This document shows, piece after piece, positions 35,801 through 47,858 of a DNA stretch of 64,000 nt. The translations under genes were made by a program, and so were the position numbers. Positions within the stretch are counted from its first letter, which is position 1. Each line of letters starts with the position of its first letter. Under the pieces are notes generated by a model. That model was not told where the DNA came from. It saw nothing but the letters and a program-made list of their open reading frames with translations, and ran no database searches. Source of the DNA: Protoeuglena noctilucae (taxonomy: Eukaryota); NCBI GenBank assembly GCA_958009085.1, contig OY253671.1, forward strand, positions 310,001-374,000, written 5' to 3'.

Positions 35801-38800
35801 GTGGCCGCCACCCCTGCGCCTGTCTCCCAGGCCGGGCGTGGGCCCGCGATGGCGTCCCAGGCGGGCAGCACGCAGCGCGTGGGGCGATCGGGGGCGGGGC
35901 TGGTTGAGGAGCGCGGAGGGCATGCTGCGGGGCTGCCGAGCGCGGGCACGCGCCCCTGGCTGACGCAAGGGTCCATCGATGCGGACGTGGAGATGGGCGG
36001 GCGCCCCTTCAGCGCCGCCTCGCCTCCTCAGACGCCCCTGGGCGGGGTGCGGTCGTCGCAGGTCGCGATCGACACGCAGGCTCGTTCCCGAGTCGCGTCT
36101 ATCCCCAGCCAAGTAGTCCCTGAGACCCCCTGGGCCGCGGGGACGGGCTATGAAGGGGCGGGGAGGGCGGCGGGGCGCTCGTGGGCCCCAGCAGTCGCTT
36201 TGGAGTTCGACAGCGTGGCTGCCGATGCGGTCGCTGACATGGCTCACGGCGCTGGGGTCAGGGGTGGCGGGTTGCATAGTGGGGATGCACATGGAGTTGG
36301 GCCAATGCGGGTCGAAGCTGGGCCTGGCGCCTTGGTTGGGGAAGGCGCTGAGATGCGGGGCCTGCCAGGGTGGTTGATAGGAGATGGCACGCGGGGCATG
36401 ACGGCCGGCGAACACAACGTTGCGAGGGCGCGTGCCATCATTGCTACGTGGGAGCTCGAGACACAGCGCGAGGTGGAGGCGATCCTGGAGTGTGCGGGCG
36501 CAGGGGATGACGGTGTGGGGGTTCATGAGCCCGGTGGGTGGGGTTTGGCGGGAGAGCCTTTGCTTCAAGAAGGCCATGGTAGCGGGCAGAGGCAAGGGGA
36601 GGGTCAGGAAGCAGAGGACAGGCGCAGGGAGGGAGGGGAGGAGCAGTGGGTTGCAGATATAGCGAGGAGTGATGGCGCGGGTGACAAGGGACGGGTAGCG
36701 TTTGGAGGCGAGGGGGGCGACGGTGACGACAGCGAGGGCTTTTGGGATATAGAGGGTAGCGGGGACGGCCGCAGGGGGGGAGCGGGAGGTGCAGTGGGTT
36801 TGGAGCAGGGCGAGAGGTCGCGAGAGCCCTCAGCGTCTCCGAGTGTCGGTCCGACGCTGGTACTTACAGCGGGGTCGCCCTGCGACGATGGGGCGGTCAG
36901 CCAGCGGCCCCGGATAGACCAGGATGGCTCCCCAGGGGCAGAGCCTGGCCCGGCGCAGCGCTTGCGGGGCGGGGCAGGCGACCCTGACGCAGCGGGCGTT
37001 CCCGACTCCGACAGCGATCACGTCAGTGACAGCTTAGGGCAGGTGCACCTGGCGCGGGGGCGCAGGGGCGACCGGCCATCCGCGCGGGACATGGCGGACC
37101 CATGGGCTTGGAACCGATGGGAGAACTCGGCGTCCCATCCTGCAACTATTGGCGGTGCTTCGATCGAGGCAACGCGGACGAGGGCACGCTCGCCGAGCCC
37201 TCCCAGGGCCATCAGCCCACCAAGAGCACGGAGCCCTGTCACCCCGCCTCGGTCGACCGGGGTGCTGCCCCTGCCACTCGCTCCGAGCGCCGAGGCAGCG
37301 CCAGCGCCAGTGCCAGTCCATGCGGTGTCGCCGTCCCTCGTCACGCCCCAGGCACCTCGGCCCCTGGCCCTTTCGCCCTCGCCCTCCCCGCCCTCGTCCC
37401 CCGTCGCTGCCCGGCGCCCCATCACCGCGCCCGCAGCTCACACCCACTCGCCCGCCTCTGCCCCCCCAGCCGGCGTCGGGCGCAGAGCTGCCATGGCCTT
37501 ACGCAAGCGCAGCAGGCCAGCCGAGACGCCGCCGCCAGGTTCGGTCGACGCTGGCACCTCGCTTCTCCATGCCGGCGGCTCAGGAGTGCCTCATGGCCAG
37601 CCACCGTCGGCGCACGGTGCCCAGGGGACAGACGAATTGGGAGGGCTTGCCAGTGAGGCCCCCGCAACCGGCGCCGTTGCCGGCGGGAGGAGTGCGGAGG
37701 CAGGCGTGCGGACCATCCGGTGGACTGCCACCCCCAAGCCCCCGTTACTGGCGCCGTTTCTGGCACGGTCCGACGGCCGCGCTCCGTCGCCGCCCCCGCG
37801 CCCCGAGGGGCCCCCGCCCGGAAGCCCCGAGCGTCCTCAGAAGCGGCACCGAGCCGGGCCTGGGGCCGCGGGTCCCCGGCGCGAGCTCCGGTTTGCGTCG
37901 ATACCCCTGTCGCGGACAGGCGAAGCGGTGCTGGACGAGGCAACGCGGCAGCAGGAGCTCCACAAGACTCTGCGGCACCGACTGAAGCCCATGATTCCAT
38001 GGCGGCCACGTGGAGTGGGGCGGTACAGGGGCCCCAGGGGTGGCGCTGGGAGGTCGGCGCGACCTGCGGTGGGGGCCGCGGGCAGCGGGGCTGGCAGGGG
38101 CGGTCAGGGGGTCGCGGGCCGGGAGGCGGAGGAGCCAGCGGGAGCCATGCGCGATCAAGGGGCGATCCCTGGGCCCGCGGTCGTGGGATCTGAGGAAAGA
38201 ACAGGTGGCGATGTGGTTGCCGTTGATGCGGGGGGCGGTGCAAGGGCGAAGGCTGACGGCGGGTCAGGAGCAGCCCAGGGCATCGCAGAGACTGGCGGGA
38301 ACGGCGGGGTGTCGCGGGTTGCTGATGGTGTGGGACAGGGAGGTGAGATCGGACCCAGGGAGGAAGGCTTTGCAGAGGCGGGGCCTTTAAGCGAATCCGA
38401 GGACGAGTCGGGTTTGGAGAATGAGCCGAGTTTCTCTGACGGGGGTGGGAGCGGCAGTCGGGGCTCGGGTGAGGACTTGGGCAGGGGTAGCAGCGCGCCT
38501 GCGGGCAGCGTGAGCGTGGCGGGGTGGGGTGGCGAAGAGAGGCAGTTCTTGCGCCAGTGGGCGACGTGGAAGGGCGGGGAGGCGGGAAAGGCCCGGGTCT
38601 CTGGCATGCGGAGGCCGGCGGGGGATGCTGTGGGGAGCGGGGGTGGGCGTGGGGCGCTGGGGTCGGGCGGTGCGGACGGGGGTGCCACGGCAGCAGTGGA
38701 CGGGAGGGGAGGTCAGGAGTGCCCTGGGACGCCGGCTCAGGGAGCAACATGTGACGGCGCACGCAGCGATGGCGAGGCTGGGCAGAGTGGCGTGGGCGGC

Positions 38801-41800
38801 ACTATGGATGCCAGCCAAGGGGCGATGGGAGCATCGGGGGCCGGCGCCGGTGCAGCAGGCACGGGCCCCACTGCGGCACCCATTGCACCCAAGGCCGGGC
38901 CTGGCTCGGTAGGGTTACCGGAGCGTGACGTGGTATCGTCTGCCCGCGTCGCCCAGCCGCCTTCCTTTGACTCGAGACGCCAGTCAGAGTCGAGTGCCAC
39001 CCCACAGCCGCTCGACTCCGCGGAGGTGGAAGGAGACCTGTCGATCCGAGACACACTGCAGAGCCCAGAGCCGACGTCGACCCCGCGCCTCATTGCAAGA
39101 GGGACGCGCACCGCGGTTCTTGCCACGGAGAGCCCCGCTGGCCAGGGCATGTCCCCAGGGCTGCAGCTTGAGCGCCGCCTCGACGCAGTCGCATCTGAGA
39201 AGTCGCCTGCCCGTGTGTTGGCTCCTGAGGGGTCACCTGTCGATGCGCCGCCCCCGGATGGCTCACCCGGCTGGCAGCCACCTGACGAGCCTCCCCCCGA
39301 GTCTCCAGAGTCGCAAAGAGGCTCAGAGAAAGCAGGAGACGTCGAGATGGGCGACGATGACGACGGTGACCGACAGTCTGCAAGGCTGACCAGGGTCGCG
39401 CCTGCCCCCGCCTGTCCGCCCCCACGCTCGCCAGCCGGGGAAACCCAGCCTGCGTCGATTAGCGGGCCTAAGGATGCGTCGCGCTGGCGGCGTTGGGTGC
39501 CTCGCATGCGCCCGCCACCCCCAAAGGCCGTCGCACGCACTCTCCGCGACTTTGGTCTGCCTGACGTCGACTATCTAAGCCCCTTCTACTCGCTGCCGTC
39601 CGACGTGCCGCGCAAGCCGCCCGTGCTGGCCGGCGTGCAGCACGACTTGCCCTGCCGCGCCCCCGCCTGCCTGCCGCACTTCACGCCAGGTCCCCTGGCC
39701 ATGCCGGCCCGGCAGACGGGGGTCGCGGGGCCCCTGACGCAGCTGCTGGAGTTGATCGGTCGGTCCGCCGATTCGGCTGAAAGCGCCGGGAGCGACGGGG
39801 AGGACCTTGCGCCGGCACGGGATGCTGACGCCGTCCCTCCCTGGCAGGGTGCACTCGCGAAGCTGAGGGCGGCGGTGCAGGCGGAGCGCTGGGGTGCCGA
39901 GAGCGATGCGGGGGCTGCGAAGAACCACCCTGGGCTGCAGGGCGTCGGCCCGTGGCTGCGTGGGTGCCGGCTGGGCCTTCGCCGGGACTGGCGCCGGTGG
40001 CGGGTGCTGGCGCGGCCGGTTTTGCCCCCGACGCGCCGGGAGGCGGCGAGGTGGGCGGCCGAAGGCGAAGAGCCAGCGGACGACAGCATTGGCGTGGGGG
40101 CTGGGGAAGGTGCAGGATGGGCCATGGACCCCAACACAGGGGCGCTCTTGCCAAGGGCGGGACCGGCACCACACACGCGTCGGCCTGGCCCGGGGACGGG
40201 CGGCCAAGGCAGCGGTTCGCAGGACTCCGCCCGCCGGGGCTCCCTTCTCGGCACTCCATCTGAGACCCGGAGTGGGGCTTTGGCGTCCGGGCGGTGCGGG
40301 AGCGGGGAGGCGGACACTCCGGCACGCGTCAGTCAGACACCGCAGGGAGGGCGGTGAGTGGCGCTGGGCTCGTTAAGCTCTTTTTAATTGACGATTCACA
40401 AGACAGCCTCAGGGGGTCTCAGCTCACCTGATTTCGTTCACGAGATAAACTGGGCGCCGTAGATGGGACGTGAGGACCTCGGACGATGGGGTGGGTGACA
40501 TGCAATGTGCCTGGCTCTTCCCTGTCTCGCAGGCGGCATGCCCACACGCACCGCCCGTCGCGGCTGAGCCTGGGCGGCACCCTGGAGGGCGGGGCGGGGT
40601 CGCTGGAGGCGGCCGCGGAGGGCAGCGCCTTGGACCCTGACATCGACTTGGAGCGGCCGCCATCACCAAAGTACGACGAGCGAGTGGATTTCTTCTTCCC
40701 GGCCGCGAAGCCGCGGCAGCGGAGGGCCGCGCGGCGGCAGGGCGGTCCCGACACGGGAGCGGGGTTCGCCCGGCGCGGGGCGGCTGGGGTGGCATATGGC
40801 GCGGACTGGCCCCGCAAGCGCTTACGCATGTCGCAGGTGAGAGAGAAAGTGCTGAAGGCGTTGCGCTGCGCTGCCTTTCTAGTGCCCGCGCAGTCCCAGC
40901 TTCCTACCTCATGCTCCCTGGCAAGCCTGTGTGTCTCGCTTGCTTGCCCAGGCGCTCTCACAACGGTCGCACAAGCTGGGCGCGGGGAGCTCAGCGGCCG
41001 AGCCTGGGGCCGAATCCGACGGGAGTGACGGGGATGACGACGACGCTGTGCCGGATACGCAGAGGTTGGAGGATGCTGTGCTGGGGATGGGGTCCGGGGG
41101 TGGCGCGGGCGGCGACTCCGCTGCTGCCCCCGTGCCCCAGCCGCCGTCTATGCGGGACGTGTCGTTCACGTTGATCACGGACGAAGGCGTGGTTGTTCAA
41201 GGGCCACGTGCGGTGGGACCAGTGCCAGAGGGCGGACTCATGCATGCGGTCGTCACGGGGTGCAGGCCAGCAGGAGCAGGTGCGTTGGGAGGTCAGGGAG
41301 GTGGCGGGGCGGCGAGGGACGAGAGCGCGGGACCATCGGGGTCTGGCCAGGCCTTGAGCACGGGGCCGGGCGTGGGCGAACACAGCGCTCGTCAGGGACA
41401 GGCCACTGACGCAGATCACAGAGGTGGGGTTGCTGAGGGCCCGGCTCCGGGGCAGGGCGCAGGGGGTTCCAAAGATGGCTCCAGGGCCACAGACTCGGGC
41501 GAAGTTCACAGGGAGGTCCCCACCGGCCCGGGCGTCCGGGCAGCAGAGGCAGCGGTGGACGCGAACGCTAACGCTGGGCCCAGGGGGCCGCCTGCTGGGT
41601 CACCAGTGCGGCCTCCGGCGGGGCTGTCGATGTCGGGCGCGTCGCGGGAGGAGCGGGAGAGGCGCGCGGCGGAGACTCCGGGCAGCGGGGGTCGCCGGAC
41701 GGTCAGCGGGGTGTCGCCACCCTCTCCGGTGGTGGGCGGGTATGCCCACTGGGACCCCGCCAGTCAGACGGGCTACCGCCGGCGGCACGTGCAGGGCAAG

Positions 41801-43336
41801 GGCCAGGGTCTGACAGTCGTCAGCGTCGAGGTGCACGCCGTGTCGCGAGGGGCACTGCTGCCGGACCCCAGGTGCGTGTGGCCACAGCACGATCTCTGTG
41901 ATGATGGGGTGTGCTCGTCGATGATCGTGCCGTGTTGGCTGCTTTAAGCGCACCACTTGTGTCTTGCTTCGTTGGCATGAAATTGCACATCAACAACTGG
42001 TGCAGCAAGCCCCTACCACACATCTGGCTCTCTGCAGGTATGACCCTGTGCAGTGCGTGTGCCTGGCCGTCATGGAGGACTGCGAGGAGCCAGAAGACGA
42101 GGCCTACCTCACGTACGTGCTGATGGTCGACCCCAGCCTCGACCCTCACCCAAGCAACGGCAGCGGGGGCGCCGACGCTGTCGGAGCTGCCGCTCCGAGC
42201 GGTGCTGCGGGCGGGGGCGGCGACGGGGCGCCCTCGCCTGCGCATGCGAGCCACGGAGCTGAGGCCGTCGACGCCGGCGTTGCGGGGTCGCCGCCCCGTG
42301 CCGACTGCGCGGTGGGCGGCAGCGGGGACGTGAGCGCGCCACCCGGCGCACTGCACCGCCCCCAGACGAGGCACGCCGCGAGGGCAGCGGCGGCGCGGCA
42401 CGTGGCTGCGTGCGGGCCCGGAGTGCAGGGCGAGGTGCTGTTCGACGAACGTGCTTTGCTGGACCGGCTGGTGGAGCACGTTCGCGAGGTCGACCCGGAC
42501 GTGGTGGTCGGCTTCGAGGTGCAGGGCGGGAGCCTGGGGTACCTCATTGATCGCGCTGCGACGCTCGGGACAGGTGAGGGACTCGTGCTTGGGAGGACCC
42601 CACTCATCGCTCATGGTGGCGTTTGTTGTGGCGCGATGTGTTACCAGTGCTCCCCCTGTCCCCCGCGCTCGTTGCGGCGTTCATCGCTATGCTATCTATG
42701 CTATCTGTTGTTTTCGTTTCGCAGCGTTGGTGAGGGAGCTGTCTCGCACGCCCGAGGGCAGGGCGGGGCACCTGGAGAAGCGCGACGACGAGTACGGCCG
42801 GTACGCGGGGGCGGGCATCCACCTCACGGGCCGCGTGGTGTTCAACCTATGGCGCATCCTCACGTGAGTCGATGCTTGATGTGTTAAGTCTTTTCCCTGG
42901 TTCATGTCACGGTCATGGCTTGACCTAAGCCTCACCTGAGGCGCTGCAATGCCACGTGCCTGCCCATGCTCACATCGCCCCTCGCATCGCCTCGGTCCCC
43001 GCAGCGGCGACGTCAAGCTGGCCATCTACACCTTCGAGTCTTGTGTGGCTGCCGTCCTGCGCATGCGCGTCCCTCGCATCGACCACCGCCGCCTACACGC
43101 CTGGTTCCTCGACCCGGTCTCCCGGTGGCGCACCGTGGAGTACTTTGTGAGGCGCGCACGGCTCGACCTGGCCCTCCTGGAGAAGCTCGACACGCTGGGC
43201 CGCACGGGGGAGATGGCACGCGCGTTTGGGTGAGGGGCGCGGGGCCATATGAGGATGACGGACGCTGCTTGTGCGCGTGGGGCAGTGAGGCACCCGGATG
43301 CTGCTTTATTGACCGTCACACTCACTCACACTCACT

Positions 43337-43369
<33 letters not shown>

Positions 43370-46300
43370 CCTTACCCTCACCCCGACTCTCGCCCCCAGG
43401 ATCGATTTTGAGTCTGTCATAACGCGCGGGAGCCAGTATCGCGTCGAGAGCATGCTGATGCGAGTGGCACACACCCAGAACTACCTCCTGCTGTCGGCAT
43501 CTCGCGAGCAAGTGGCCAACCAGCCGGCCATGGAGTGCCTGCCGCTGGTTATGGAGCCAGAGTCGCGCCTGCACTCGTCTCCGGTCGTCGTCCTCGACTT
43601 CCAGTCCCTGGTGAGAGGCGATACGCGGTATCGACTATGCAGTATTGACGCCACGGGTGACACCTGCGCCAACACAGCCCCGCTCGACCTCACTGGCACG
43701 CCCTACCCCTGCCGACCTGTCCCGGCCGTTGCTGGCCTGCCACCTTCAAACGCTTGCTGCATGCATCGTCATCTACCCCAGCCGTTGCCGTGCCGTTCCT
43801 CGCAGTACCCCTCCATGGTCATCGCCTACAACCTCTGCTTCTCCACCTGCATCGGCCGCCCCTCGCACTACCGAGCCGAGGCGGGGGTCGCGTCAAAGGA
43901 GCAGCCCCTGCAAGTCGGAGCGAGGCTCGGGGCCCTGCCTCGCTTCTCAGGTGACGCCTCAGCAACCGGGCACGTCACGCCACGCAGCGGATCCTCTTCC
44001 ACCTGTGCTTCTTTGCCAAAGCACTGCCGTCACGACCAGAGCTGCGCTTGCCGTCCACAACTGCAGCGCCCCTGCCCATCATGTGCTGCCATTGTTCCTA
44101 GTGCTGTTAGATCCGCAATGAGATCCGCAATTGCCCCGTGTCGTCACCCGCAGTCCCCGCCGGTTCCCTGGTCGGAGGTCTCGACCCTTCCCGCCTCATC
44201 GTGGCCCCCAACGGCGTCGCCTTCGCTCCGCCAGAGGTCCGGAAAGGGGTCCTGCCCAGACTCGTCAGCGAGATTCTCGACACGCGCGTCATGGTGGTGA
44301 GTGCACGTCGCAGCACGTTCGTGCTGTCGCGCTCTAGACAACGTGCTGTACGCTCGCGCCTCGGCCGTGCCTAGCAGTCGTCCCCAAGCGGCACAGCGGC
44401 ACCCGCTGCCAACGGGGCCGATCACCACTCCCCACTCCCCACGTGCACCGCACTTACCATCGCAGAAGACCGCGATGAAGGGCCTGGGCCCACGCGACCG
44501 CATCCTGCAGCGGTGCTTCAACGCCCGGCAGTTCTCGCTCAAGCTCATCGCGAACGTCATCTACGGGTACACGGCCGCGGGGTTCAGCGGCCGCATGCCC
44601 ATGGCGGAGCTGGCGGACGCGATCGTGCAGTCGGGACGGGCCACGCTGGAGGCCGCCATCGCACAGGTGAACGCCCACCCCGACTGGCGCGCGAGGGTCG
44701 TGTACGGCGACACGGACTCGATGTTCGTGCTGCTGGAGGGCCGCTCGCGCGAGGAGGCCCACCGCATCGGAGAGGAGATCGCGGCCGCCATCACCGCCAT
44801 GAGCCCGCCCCCGGTCAAGCTCAAGTTCGAGAAGGTGTACCTCCCCTGCATCCTACAGGTGCGGTATAACTAGAAGTGGCGATGGTAATTGGGCAACCAC
44901 CTGTGAGGGTGCTGGGTCGTGCTGTCAGACACCCGAGCGTGTCCAAGCGCGTGCTGCGTCGATGTGTTGATGTGGGGCTCAGTCCCCTTGTGTCGTTCGG
45001 GGTCCGTTAGGGACGCGGTTTCCGGTGTCGGGCTGGATTGTTTGCGCGAGGCGCTGGGCCCGGACCTGTCGCACGCGCCCGCGGCACCCTCGCGCCCCCA
45101 GACCAAGAAGCGGTATGTCGGTCACGCGTACGAGTCACCCAAGCAGTCGAGCCCCATCTTCGACGCCAAGGGCATCGAGACGGTGCGAAGGGACTCGTGC
45201 CCCGCCGTCGCCAAGATCCTCGAGAGCAGCCTGCGCCTGATCTTCGACACCAAAGACCTCAGCGAGGTCAAGGCGTTTCTGGCGCGCCAGTTCTCGCGCA
45301 TCCTGCACGGGCGCGTCAACCTGCAGGTGCGGCCGCGCCGCATCGGCTGCTGCGTCGGCACCACAGTCCTGGCTCCATCATAGCAAACCATTTGCTACCC
45401 TGCCCAGGCTTGCCCTTGCCGTCACGTTGCGCTCACGCATCGACAGCAGACCTGCAGTGCCAGACATGGCCGCTTCCTCACAGGCCCCGCTCCTGGCCAT
45501 CGCAGGACTTCGTCTTCGCCAAGGAGGTCCGGCTGGGAACCTACTCCGCCAAGGCCGCCGCCCCGCCCCCGGCCGCCATCGTCGCTGCCAAGCGCATGGC
45601 CAGGGACCCCCGCGCGGAGCCCAAGTACGCCGAGCGCGTGCCGTACGTGGTCGTGTACGGCGCGCCCGGGGCAAGGCTGGGTGAGCCACGCAGCGGGCGG
45701 CCTCTATCATTTCTCGGGCGTGCTCTGCCAAGCTGCAGCGCGGGTGTCGGCCGCGACAACCCCTGCGCGACTCGCCTGCCGCAGTGGACCTGGTGGTGCC
45801 GCCCCAGGCGGTCGTGGAGTCCCGAGGCCAGCTCCGCCTCCACGCCCTCTACTACATCACCAAGCAGATCCTCCCAGCCCTCGAGCGCGTGCTCTCCCTC
45901 GTCGGCGCCGACGTTCAAGCGTGGTTCGCGGGCATGCCCCGCCCCGCCCGCATGCTCCCCCACAAACGCCCCGCGGCGTCCCTGGCCATTCCCCAGGTGC
46001 CCGAGGAGCGGGCGGGGCCGGGCGTCGCGGGGCAGGCCGGAGGGGCCCGGGAGTGGGTGCAGCAGGGGACCATCGACGCGTACTACTTATCCCGCCACTG
46101 CGTGGCGTGCGACCGGCTGACGCGGGCGTCGGAGCCCGTGTGCCGGCGCTGCGCCCGGGACACCCAGGCCTCCTCGCTGGGGCTGGTGGCCGGGGCACTC
46201 CGCCTGCAGCAGGACCTGGAGCGCTGCGTCCGCGTCTGCGTCGAGTGCGGGGGCACCGGCGGGGACGTCGAGGACTGGGGGATCGCATGCGTCAACGAGA

Positions 46301-46401
46301 GCTGCGCCGTGTACTTTGAGCGCGCGAAGAAGCGGCAGGAGCTGGCCGTGGCCGAGCGCATGGCCGAGGCGGGCCTCCGAGCCCTGAGCAGTTTGGAGTA
46401 G
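32837..46401 (+). CDS. REV3: DNA polymerase zeta catalytic subunit (family B) with a very large central low-complexity insertion
   Basis: N-terminal VPVVRIFGSTPSGQK|ACVHVHRVFPFLYVP and QPYEAHIPFLLQFK...NLYGM. Polymerase core GIDFESVITRGSQYRVESML, VVVLDFQSL|YPSMVIAYNLCFST, LKLIANVIYGYTAAGFSGRMP, VVYGDTDSMFV, KKRYVG, AKGIETVRRD. C-terminal Cys-rich CysA/CysB clusters. Confidence 0.96.
43316..43384 (+). repeat. (CCCTCA)n/(CTCA)n microsatellite in a REV3 intron, just upstream of the 3' splice site
   Basis: cactcactcacactcactcaccctcaccctcaccctcaccctcaccctcacccttaccctcacccc; acceptor AG ends at 43399. Confidence 0.85.
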
Positions 46402-46605
46402 CTGGTTTGCAGTAGATGCCGAGTTTCGAGGTTTCCTTTGATGTGCTGGCAGCTGCGTCAGGCTCGAGCGCCCCTATTTCGCCTTCCCGGCATGCAGTCG
46501 GGTGCATTTATCGCTATTACACTTTGAGGGAGAGTTTCGCGCCTCAAAGCCCGCGTGAGCTTGCGTTGGATTGAAGAACAGTGGATTTGCCATCTCGCCG
46601 CCCCC

Positions 46606-47266
46606 ATGGCGCGCGTTCGCCCGGCCTGGATTCTCTGCGTGACACTTGTCCTTCTGCTGGCGGCCAGCGCCCTCGCAGCGGGTAACGAGCGCGGGACGGG
46701 GGCTGCCAACTCTTAGCCCTAAACGTCGCTTCACCGGCCCCGCTTTCCGCGGTTTTCGCGGGAGCCACCGCGCATTGCTCATGTCGCTGTCGGAAGTATC
46801 CGTTCAGCGCATTGAAACCCGCGACGAGGGATTCCCAACTCCACTCGCAGGCATGAGCTCGGGCAGCGTCCTGGGGACGTCCACGGCAGCGGGCGGGGAC
46901 AAGTGCTCTTGGCCGGAGCTTGTGGGTCAGGTGAAGATGCGGGTGGGATGGTTGCCGGGCTTTGATGCGCGCAAAGTCGGCCCTGAGACCTACGTTGCCT
47001 ATTCCATGTGCAAAACGGAAATTCCGCGGTGCAGACGTTTCGTAAGCGGCCTTCGATGCGCGCAGTGCCGGCCCTGAGACCAACCTTGCATATTCCATGT
47101 GCAGGACGGAAACGCTGCGGCGCAGACGATTCGGGAAGAGCGTCCCGACCTCGACGTCGTCGTCATGCCGTACGGTTCGTTCGGGACGGCGGATTACCGG
47201 CCAGGGAGGGTCCGAATTTGGCTGAACGCAGCGGGGCTCGTGGACAGGGCCCCCAAGTGCGGCTGA
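46606..47266 (+). CDS. Secreted serine protease inhibitor, potato inhibitor I family (MEROPS I13)
   Basis: Exons 46606-46681 (signal peptide MARVRPAWILCVTLVLLLAASALA), 46851-46930 (KCSWPELVGQ) and 47105-47266 (AAQTIREERPDLDVVVMPYGSFGTADYRPGRVRIWLNAAGLVDRAPKCG*). The WPELVG and RVR..P..G signatures are present. Confidence 0.92.
46957..47138. repeat. Degenerate 91-bp tandem duplication spanning the inhibitor intron 2/exon 3 boundary
   Basis: ccctgagacctacgttgcctattccatgtgcaaaacggaaa at 46981 versus ccctgagaccaaccttgcatattccatgtgcaggacggaaa at 47072 (period 91). Confidence 0.85.
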
Positions 47267-47858
47267 TGCCATGCTGTTGCTCTTTGCTCTGAGCGAAGGG
47301 ACGACGGCGCAGGCTTGGACCAGCACAGACCATGACGCCCACGTCCCCTCGCATGGCCGCTTGTTTGAGACGCTGTTTAACGCCTTATGTCCATTGGCTT
47401 GCTTGATCTTATTATCTTGAAGCCAGGCTACAGCGAAGCGTGCGAGAAGTGCCAAGCAAACAGACGCAGAAGGACGCTTTGGATTTATGAATGATCTAAG
47501 CCCCTAAGACAAGCCCTGGTCGAACACATTGTCGACATACCAGGTGGTGCTCAGCACACAGATGGCTTCTAAAAGCAGGGCGAGGCGGGAGGCGCGGGGG
47601 CGCGGGGGCTGCGAGAGTGTAGATGAGTGGAGCTTTGCTCGAAAGGGGGCGTGGGAGGGCGCAACGGGAAGACGCGGGTAGGAAATGGAAAGTGGAAACG
47701 TACAGGTAGTTGCCACCAGGGCGCTATCATGGCAGCTCTTGGTGTCAATGGTGTGGCATGCTGCGTGGCACGTTGGAGTGCAGGAGTGCATCTGCGTCAC
47801 CGTGGAAAGCGCCCGTCAAGGCCATCCTAGGACAATCGATAAGCACAGTACAACACGG

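Noticed and set aside
35795..40357. 1520-aa ORF as a stand-alone gene, transposon or viral insertion
   Set aside because: No RT, integrase or transposase motifs and no terminal repeats. It has splice sites in phase with REV3 and contains REV3-type motifs.
43316..43384. Interstitial telomere repeat
   Set aside because: The unit is CCCTCA, not CCCTAA or CCCTAAA. The tract is short and sits at an intron branch-point position.
43400..46401. Family B polymerase as a giant-virus or Polinton gene
   Set aside because: It has REV3-specific motifs (RGSQYRVES, GYTAAGFSGRMP), many spliceosomal introns and only cellular housekeeping neighbours.
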